From: an uncultured virus (IMG/VR IMGVR_UViG_3300047546_001556)
Lineage: Duplodnaviria; Heunggongvirae; Uroviricota; Caudoviricetes; Autographiviridae
Direction: 5' to 3' (one strand)
IMG/VR virus record: IMGVR_UViG_3300047546_001556
DNA: 20,000 nt
Position numbers and translations under genes: made by a program. This document shows, piece by piece, positions 14,257-20,000 of the stretch. Numbering within the stretch: position 1 is the first letter of the stretch; each line of letters opens with the position of its first letter. The notes beneath the pieces were generated by a model, which saw only the letters and a program-made list of their open reading frames with translations, was not told where the DNA came from and did not search any database.

Positions 14257-15990
14257 CTACTCAGTCCAGGCGTAAACCTTGTTGGTGGAACGCTTCTGGA
14301 GCTCAAAGAAGGGGAGGCCTAAGGCCAGGGCATCGACAGCTCGTTTGGGGTCGTCTTGGATCATCTGTTGCATTGCGGACCACTCGTCGTTACGCCGTTG
14401 GGCTTGCTGCTTAGCGGCGGAGAGAGCCAGAGCATCGGTGAACCACTGAACACCCTGAGCAATTGCATCGACACGGTCATCGTGTTTGACGGCACCCTTC
14501 TCCCGGCACATGCGGGAGAGCTGGTACATGAGCATGTACTCCAACCGCTTTTCAGGTGCCTCGTTGGGATTGGAGCGGTAGTCCCACTCGATGATCTTGG
14601 GGTCGATGATGACCTTGTGCTGGTTCAGGACCGGCTCCAGGGTGGCGATAATGCGCTCCTCCTTACGGACTGAGGCACGCACCTCCTCCACATGGGCATT
14701 GGTCTGCTGTTGGATCAGGTGTCGTTTGAGGAGCTCACACACCATCCCGTCACCAAAGTTCGATTCAACGAGGAGGGTGCCTGCCTGGTACTTCTTAGCA
14801 ACACGAACGATCTCAGAGAGGGTCTGATCGCTGTAGCCATCCCTGAAGGCCACCATGTCTCGAATGAAGATGTACCCATTGGCTTGGGACATCACCACGG
14901 CCACGGTCTCGTCAAGGCCACGACCAGAGGGGTCTATGGAAACGATGGTCTCTGAGTAGTCACAGCAAGCGGCATCGATGAACATTGGGGAATACCAACG
15001 ATCGCCAGGGAGGCCGACTGCAGGGAGGTCTTTGAGCACATAACGTGGATCAGAGCTCCAGGAGTACTTCTCGGCACATTCAGACCCGAGAGGAGTGACA
15101 ATGAAATCAGCAAACCGAAGGGGAAACTTATCTGCATCAGAGAGGGTGGTATTGAGCTGGAACTGCAGCTCAAAATTGGAGCGACCCATCGAGGCCTCTC
15201 GTTCCATCAGCTCGATGTCTGAGAAGCGAGTGTCTGTAGGGGAGCCAGGTTCACAACCCGCCTCAAGGTCCTCCAGGATCATGGGGGCCAGGAGGCCTTC
15301 ATAAAGGGAAGTGTCCTTGGGATAGCGGGAGGGCCAGACGAAAGGCTTATAACCGCGTTCAGCCAGCTTCCTGTAGCACGTGAAGGTGGTCTGAGGAGTA
15401 CCAAGAAAAATAATGCGAGAGGTAGGCTTAGGCATCAGAATTGCCTCAGCCTCAGAGATCAGCTGAAGAAGCTTCTCTCGCTGCATATCTGTGGCACTGT
15501 TGTTTGGAACCTCAACGTCGTCAAACAACATAATGTCGGCACGAGATCCGGTCATGTTGCCGGTGATGCCGACTGACTTCACAGAGGGAGCCTGAGTCGG
15601 AACACAACCACCGATATCGAAGGAGATCCGCGACCACCGAGCCTCATCTGAGGAGGGCCTCATATGCTTGAGCCAGGGGATGGTCAGGATCAGCTTTTGG
15701 AGGAAGATTGAGTTGTTATCTGCCCGCTCCTTAGAAGCGGAGATACACATGATCTTCTTGTTAGGGTCTTTGTAAAGCTCCCAGAGAACATAAGCCGCAG
15801 TCACGTAAGACTTTCCAATCCCTCGAAAAGCCTGGACCTGAAGACGTTTAGGGCCGAACTGAAGGTAGTCAGCGATAGCGTATTGGGCTCGTGTTGGAGC
15901 AGGCAGGCCAAGCTCATGCCAGACTGCCGTCAGGAAGTTTCTAAAAGATCCCTTCAGACGCGCCTCTAAGGCGTCTGTTTTAGGGCTCAT
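14257..15990 (-). CDS. terL: Terminase large subunit, T7 gp19-like
   Basis: QAFRGIGKS Walker A, TGSRAD..FDDVE Walker B, LGTPQ, IDPSGRGLDET nuclease motif, ESNFGDGM, HDDRVDA. Confidence 0.98.
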   Translation of the reverse strand: MSPKTDALEARLKGSFRNFLTAVWHELGLPAPTRAQYAIADYLQFGPKRLQVQAFRGIGKSYVTAAYVLWELYKDPNKKIMCISASKERADNNSIFLQKLILTIPWLKHMRPSSDEARWSRISFDIGGCVPTQAPSVKSVGITGNMTGSRADIMLFDDVEVPNNSATDMQREKLLQLISEAEAILMPKPTSRIIFLGTPQTTFTCYRKLAERGYKPFVWPSRYPKDTSLYEGLLAPMILEDLEAGCEPGSPTDTRFSDIELMEREASMGRSNFELQFQLNTTLSDADKFPLRFADFIVTPLGSECAEKYSWSSDPRYVLKDLPAVGLPGDRWYSPMFIDAACCDYSETIVSIDPSGRGLDETVAVVMSQANGYIFIRDMVAFRDGYSDQTLSEIVRVAKKYQAGTLLVESNFGDGMVCELLKRHLIQQQTNAHVEEVRASVRKEERIIATLEPVLNQHKVIIDPKIIEWDYRSNPNEAPEKRLEYMLMYQLSRMCREKGAVKHDDRVDAIAQGVQWFTDALALSAAKQQAQRRNDEWSAMQQMIQDDPKRAVDALALGLPFFELQKRSTNKVYAWTE

Positions 15991-16056
15991 AATAGTTTGT
16001 ACTTAGGAAAGAGAGAAGGGGTCTTCCCGAGGCTTCTAGACCCCTCTCCGTGAGTT

Positions 16057-17358
16057 CTATTTGGAATAGCCGTAGCTACCTTGCCAGGAATTACCAGCCG
16101 ACGCCGTAGAAGCCCAGGTGTAACCACCAGAAGCAGCAGCGGAAGCAGCAGATCCAGCACCGCCACGGATGCCAAGGCTTTGCCCTAGATCCATCGAGGT
16201 TCCATAGGAGCGGCTGTTGATACCGCCAATGGTGCTGTTGGTCATCCCGTAAGCAGCGGCTCCATAACCAGCGCTGCGGTTTGTGAAGTCCTTATAGTTA
16301 GCAATGCCTGCCTGCGCGATCTCTTTTAGTCCAGGAAGACCGCCTCGGTAGGTTTGGTTAGCAGTCGAAGCCTGATAACCGTGGTCCTGAAGGAAGTCGG
16401 GGGTCTCAAAGCTAGTGGTCTTAGGGGCTACAGGCGACTGCGGCTTATAGCTGCTGACACCAGAACCAATCGACAAGCTCTTAGGCATCTGGTATGTCGT
16501 TCCCTTCTGGAAGATCTGATTGGTAATGCCAAGGCTTTGGCCAACGGAGTTCCAGGCGGAGCGCTGTGACGCACCCATCGACTTCCACTTCTTGGCGTAA
16601 TCAGCCAATGCTTCAAAATTCGGAGCCCTGGACGCAAAGATGGCGAGTCCGACATCCGACTTGACAGCCTTCGAGTCGGCAATCAGGCCAGCCACATACT
16701 GGATCTTGTCCGTATTGAAGCTCTGAGGACCTCCTTTGATCCCCAGCTTCTTCAGGATCCCATCGAGAGGGTTCGTTCCACTCTGAGTAGAAGCCGCTGG
16801 GGTCGTCGGCTTTGGGGCAGCAGTGGCCTGACCGGTGTAGTGCCTAAACACCTCCGTCGCAGCTTGCATCCGCCTGTCCCAATGGGGGACACCAGGACGG
16901 AAATAGCCTGTACCTTGTTGAGCAGAGCCAGTGTAGTACTTGGCATAGTCAGCAGGACTACCGGACTTTGGGGCATTTTCAAACACCCTGGTCCAACCAA
17001 TCAGGTCTTTGTTCAAGTACTCCTTCGCAAAGTACTCCAGCTGCCATTGAGCACTGTTGGGATCCTTACCGGCTGCTCTAGCGGCAGCAACAGCTTGGTC
17101 ATAAGGGCCACGACGTACTCCTGTGTATTGAGAAAGGCCCCGGCCACGACCGGAGCCCTGTTCAACTACATCAAGGTTCTGCAGCCCAGGACGGCCTGTC
17201 TCGATGATCCAAGAACCAACAAGACCAGCAGCCTGAGCAGGCGTCATCTTGGGAATACGGTTTGCTGTCAACTGTTGGACAGTACCGTCTGTAAGAGCCT
17301 TGAAGATGTAGTCAGTGTTAGGAGTAGCCGCAAACCATCTTCCGGTTTTTGGCGACAT
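16057..17358 (-). CDS. Protein with N-terminal phage tail lysozyme-like domain and low-complexity G/S/A/Y-rich C-terminus
   Basis: AQAAGLVGSWIIETG...GRGLSQYTGVRR...QLEYFAKE...RRMQAA matches the Phage_lysozyme2-type pattern with a catalytic Glu. Confidence 0.75.
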   Translation of the reverse strand: MSPKTGRWFAATPNTDYIFKALTDGTVQQLTANRIPKMTPAQAAGLVGSWIIETGRPGLQNLDVVEQGSGRGRGLSQYTGVRRGPYDQAVAAARAAGKDPNSAQWQLEYFAKEYLNKDLIGWTRVFENAPKSGSPADYAKYYTGSAQQGTGYFRPGVPHWDRRMQAATEVFRHYTGQATAAPKPTTPAASTQSGTNPLDGILKKLGIKGGPQSFNTDKIQYVAGLIADSKAVKSDVGLAIFASRAPNFEALADYAKKWKSMGASQRSAWNSVGQSLGITNQIFQKGTTYQMPKSLSIGSGVSSYKPQSPVAPKTTSFETPDFLQDHGYQASTANQTYRGGLPGLKEIAQAGIANYKDFTNRSAGYGAAAYGMTNSTIGGINSRSYGTSMDLGQSLGIRGGAGSAASAAASGGYTWASTASAGNSWQGSYGYSK

Positions 17359-17363
17359 AACAA

Positions 17364-17588
17364 TCAGTTCTTAACAGAGGTGGCGTAGCCAGTAGAAGCA
17401 ACAGCAGTCACGCGGTTGCGACCAACCACGGCGCTAAGAATGTCGAGGACATCGCCGATGGTGCTAGCAGTGGTGATGGCTGCAAGAGCCGTATCACCAG
17501 TTGCGTCGATTTTGATGCCACGATATTCGGTCTCATCGGCAAAAGCGCCACGGGGCTTAACGGTGGCAGCAAAGACTTGTGCGGTCAT
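17364..17588 (-). CDS. 74-aa small protein, probable virion component
   Basis: Ala/Thr-rich; begins MTAQVF. Confidence 0.75.
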   Translation of the reverse strand: MTAQVFAATVKPRGAFADETEYRGIKIDATGDTALAAITTASTIGDVLDILSAVVGRNRVTAVASTGYATSVKN

Positions 17589-17590
17589 GA

Positions 17591-17746
17591 TTAGTTAGAA
17601 ACAACGGTTACAGAGGTAGTGCCGTTATGGCGGTAAATCCGTCCCTTGGAATTGCGTGCAGCAAATCGAGAGGCGAAAGTTTTGAGAAGATTAGTCTTTG
17701 GCAGAAACGTAGTCTGCACAGAAGGGCTAAAGACTTGCGCTGTCAT
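17591..17746 (-). CDS. 51-aa small basic protein
   Basis: Hand translation MTAQVFSPSVQTTFLPKTNLLKTFASRFAARNSKGRIYRHNGTTSVTVVSN; fills the gap exactly. Confidence 0.75.
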   Translation of the reverse strand: MTAQVFSPSVQTTFLPKTNLLKTFASRFAARNSKGRIYRHNGTTSVTVVSN

Positions 17747-17750
17747 AAGC

Positions 17751-18017
17751 TTAGGCAAGCTTGGCTTGGATAAATTGATCTACCTGCATTGAGCCCTTTG
17801 CAAGATTGCACTCACGGCAGGCTGTAACGCAGTTAGAGTCAGATGTAGAACCACCCCGTGATCGAGGGCGGACATGGTCGATTGTCAGATTGCTTGTGCT
17901 ACCGCAGTAGACACATTGATTCCCGTCTCTGAGCATAATTTGCTGTCTCCATAATCGCTTCGCATCGCTGCTGCGAAACGTAAGGAGCTCGTGCATCAGG
18001 GATCGGGGGGTCTCCAT
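17751..18017 (-). CDS. HNH endonuclease
   Basis: RDGNQCVYCG...LTIDHVRPRSRGG...NCVTACRECNLAKG. Confidence 0.93.
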   Translation of the reverse strand: METPRSLMHELLTFRSSDAKRLWRQQIMLRDGNQCVYCGSTSNLTIDHVRPRSRGGSTSDSNCVTACRECNLAKGSMQVDQFIQAKLA

Positions 18018-18032
18018 GATGAAGAAACATGG

Positions 18033-18311
18033 TTACTTTTTGGTTGACTTACCGTTTGCCCCGTTGCGAGCACGGTTCTTCTTCGGGGATTCGGCGACGA
18101 GCCTTCCGCTCTTTGTGTGCGACATATCAGGGCCGCCTCGACCGTAGATGCCACGCTTACGGCGCTCCGCATTTAGTTCAGAGCGATATTCGCGATTGGC
18201 AGCAGACTTGTTACGCTTACGTTGGGCGGCGTTCTTCTTTGCTCTGGCTTCTGGATTGGCTGCGTAATAGCGAGCACTGCGTCCAGGATTCTTAGCTCGC
18301 TGCGGTGCCAT
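18033..18311 (-). CDS. Basic protein with a degenerate HNH-like motif
   Basis: Arg/Lys-rich; DMSH...NRARNG pattern; follows the small terminase. Confidence 0.7.
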   Translation of the reverse strand: MAPQRAKNPGRSARYYAANPEARAKKNAAQRKRNKSAANREYRSELNAERRKRGIYGRGGPDMSHTKSGRLVAESPKKNRARNGANGKSTKK

Positions 18312-18562
18312 CAGGAGATCTCCTCTTGGACATCCTCAAATGAGAGTTCAGGGATCAGACCAGCAAGACTTGCCAGTGGGCTGTCCTCAACAGGTAAACC
18401 TGTAATGTCATTCTTAGCGAGCCAATCAATGGCGGCGCGTAGATCTGCAGTAGTGGCTTCCCCAGATTGAATACGGGAGATGAGCTCCTTGGTCAAGAGA
18501 CCGTGGAGCATTTCAAACATCTCCTCGGTTCCCATTTTGGTTTCAGACTTCTTGCTGGCCAT
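18311..18562 (-). CDS. terS: Terminase small subunit, T7 gp18-like
   Basis: LHGLLTKELISRIQSGEATTADLRAAIDWLAKNDIT pattern; size and position fit. Confidence 0.85.
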   Translation of the reverse strand: MASKKSETKMGTEEMFEMLHGLLTKELISRIQSGEATTADLRAAIDWLAKNDITGLPVEDSPLASLAGLIPELSFEDVQEEIS

Positions 18563-18567
18563 GTGCC

Positions 18568-18801
18568 TTACTTACCGAGGGATTCGATTTCTTCGTAGAT
18601 GGCAGCGACCTTTGCCTTGATGGCATTGATCTTGTCATCCTCTTTGCGGAACGGGCGCTGGCCGTCGATGATGGTTTTCACAAGACCAGCAACGCTATTG
18701 TTCTTAAGCTTCTTATTAGATCCAATTACTTCGGAAGCAATAAAAGCCACGAAGAAACCAATGGCCTCATAAGAAAGCTTGACACCAAGAATTTCAATCA
18801 T
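18568..18801 (-). CDS. Small membrane protein, holin candidate
   Basis: N-terminal hydrophobic helix AIGFFVAFIASEVIG; located upstream of terS like T7 gp17.5. Confidence 0.55.
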   Translation of the reverse strand: MIEILGVKLSYEAIGFFVAFIASEVIGSNKKLKNNSVAGLVKTIIDGQRPFRKEDDKINAIKAKVAAIYEEIESLGK

Positions 18802-19043
18802 TGGTCTTTCTCAATAGTTTTAAATATTGCGGTATCAAGCTTGTGCTCAATCCGCTGGATAAGGTTGTAGAGCTGCTCCTGGTAATACCGGTACTCTTCC
18901 TTAGGCACGTAATCGCGACTAAGGACAAGCTCTACGCGGGTTATTTTTGAGTCCAACTCATTAAGTCGCTTGGCTAGGGCGAACGAAAGACTTCCAACAC
19001 CAGTTACAGCACCGATGATTAGGGCTACAATGGATTCAATCAC
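18798..19043 (-). CDS. Membrane-anchored coiled-coil protein, lysis-associated candidate
   Basis: N-terminal TM segment followed by heptad-rich sequence; directly after the peptidase. Confidence 0.6.
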   Translation of the reverse strand: MIESIVALIIGAVTGVGSLSFALAKRLNELDSKITRVELVLSRDYVPKEEYRYYQEQLYNLIQRIEHKLDTAIFKTIEKDQ

Positions 19044-19045
19044 TG

Positions 19046-19714
19046 TTAACTAAGTGAACAGGTGAGATACCACCCGGTGCCCTTGCCTTCGACCTCCCAG
19101 CGGGGCAACCAATTCTTACGGCTGTAGCCAACTGCCCGTCCGCCGTTATTGGATACGTACCCGCCAGAGGCAAGGGACGCCTCTCCATTCGGATCGTGAA
19201 ATACGAAGTGGGTGGGTGTATATCCAATGACGACCGACCAGTGCCCCCCTCCTGTGGGACTCGTCACAGGACCTTTGTGTAGCCAGCCAACAGCTACGGG
19301 AGTACCAGAATCAATCAGACGCTCTAGATCAGCAGCATCACCGTCGCTTCGGAATGAAGGCTTGAGGCCCAGCTTCGTAAGAGCTCCAAGCTGAGCGCCC
19401 AGATCTGTTGAATCTCCGAAGTTCTTGCGTATCAGGTTGTACTGATCGTCTGACTTGACCTTGCCATAAAAGGCGCTGAGCATTGCACAGGAAGAGCTAA
19501 AGCATTCCCTGTAACCAGTGCCTGAAAGATTATCATTCTGAGAGAAATATGGCACCTTGAGAGGATTGGCCCCAGGAGGCTTCTGCGCAGCCCTGTAAGC
19601 CGTTTTAAAACACTCAAGCGTGTCTTTACCTATCCGAGCCTCCAAAGCATCCCAGGCGGCCTTCTGGTGGGGCTCGGATTTATAATATTTTGCCGCATCA
19701 GATAAGAAACTCAC
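19046..19714 (-). CDS. C39-like cysteine peptidase, endolysin candidate
   Basis: VPYFSQ...ECFSSSCAM (Cys), GHWSVVIGY (His), HDPNG (Asp). Confidence 0.85.
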   Translation of the reverse strand: MSFLSDAAKYYKSEPHQKAAWDALEARIGKDTLECFKTAYRAAQKPPGANPLKVPYFSQNDNLSGTGYRECFSSSCAMLSAFYGKVKSDDQYNLIRKNFGDSTDLGAQLGALTKLGLKPSFRSDGDAADLERLIDSGTPVAVGWLHKGPVTSPTGGGHWSVVIGYTPTHFVFHDPNGEASLASGGYVSNNGGRAVGYSRKNWLPRWEVEGKGTGWYLTCSLS

Positions 19715-19726
19715 TAGATGCTAGAT

Positions 19727-19755
19727 AAAAGAAAAGGCACCCTTTTTGAGTGCCT
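19727..19755 (-). terminator. Rho-independent terminator
   Basis: AGGCACTC-AAAAA-GGGTGCCT followed by TTTCTTTT, right after a stop codon. Confidence 0.85.
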
Positions 19756-20000
19756 CTATTGGATAGGTTCTTCCAGAGGTTCTTCTGGAGGGCTGGGTTC
19801 CGGCAGCGGGGTCAGATCCGGCGGAGGTGCAACGAACACGTCGTTTACCTCGTCGTAAGTGTCGCCAGGGCCGGCGTACTTGCCACGGATGCGGCCGTTG
19901 TAGCTGGTCTGTACCCATCGACTATCGGCACCGTACAGCGATTTGCAGAAGGCAATACCCGCTGCTTCGGATTCATTGCCGTCTGGATCAAGGCACTCGG
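19756..20000 (-). CDS. C-terminal part of a tail-fibre-associated protein
   Basis: Hand translation ...GIAFCKSLYGADSRWVQTSYNGRIRGKYAGPGDTYDEVNDVFVAPPP...; the WxQTSYN..R..YAG.G..YD pattern is typical of genes following tail fibres. Confidence 0.75.
   Translation of the reverse strand, partial: ECLDPDGNESEAAGIAFCKSLYGADSRWVQTSYNGRIRGKYAGPGDTYDEVNDVFVAPPPDLTPLPEPSPPEEPLEEPIQ

Noticed and set aside
19721..19918. 65-aa ORF from the track
   Set aside because: Wrong frame; it overlaps the tail-associated gene and runs through the terminator.

Overview
Segment of a T7-like (Autographiviridae-type) phage genome, most similar in gene content and order to cyanopodoviruses. Essentially all genes are on the minus strand. 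Read in the direction of transcription (20000 to 1): end of a tail-associated gene, terminator, C39-like peptidase (lysin candidate), two small membrane proteins, small terminase, two HNH-type proteins, two MTAQVF-starting small proteins, a tail-lysozyme-domain protein and large terminase. A poorly coding interval (~13420-14250) probably holds the joined genome ends. It is followed by a sigma70-type early promoter with a boxB/boxA-like leader and an early operon of many small ORFs, then a MarR-like regulator, tyrosine integrase, attP (5' half of tRNA-Leu CAG), RNA polymerase, SSB, endonuclease I, two paralogous 47-aa acidic peptides, primase/helicase, a CxxC-less thioredoxin-fold ORF, DNA polymerase A, an EndoVII-type nuclease and the start of the exonuclease. 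The most notable unexplained signals are four tRNA-like (three-way junction/T-loop plus hairpin) structured elements punctuating the early operon, a repeated TAATCGTCGC leader motif, two T7 gp2-like paralogs and a redox-dead thioredoxin next to a polymerase with a shortened thioredoxin-binding loop. Product calls come from motif recognition by eye; no database searches were run.
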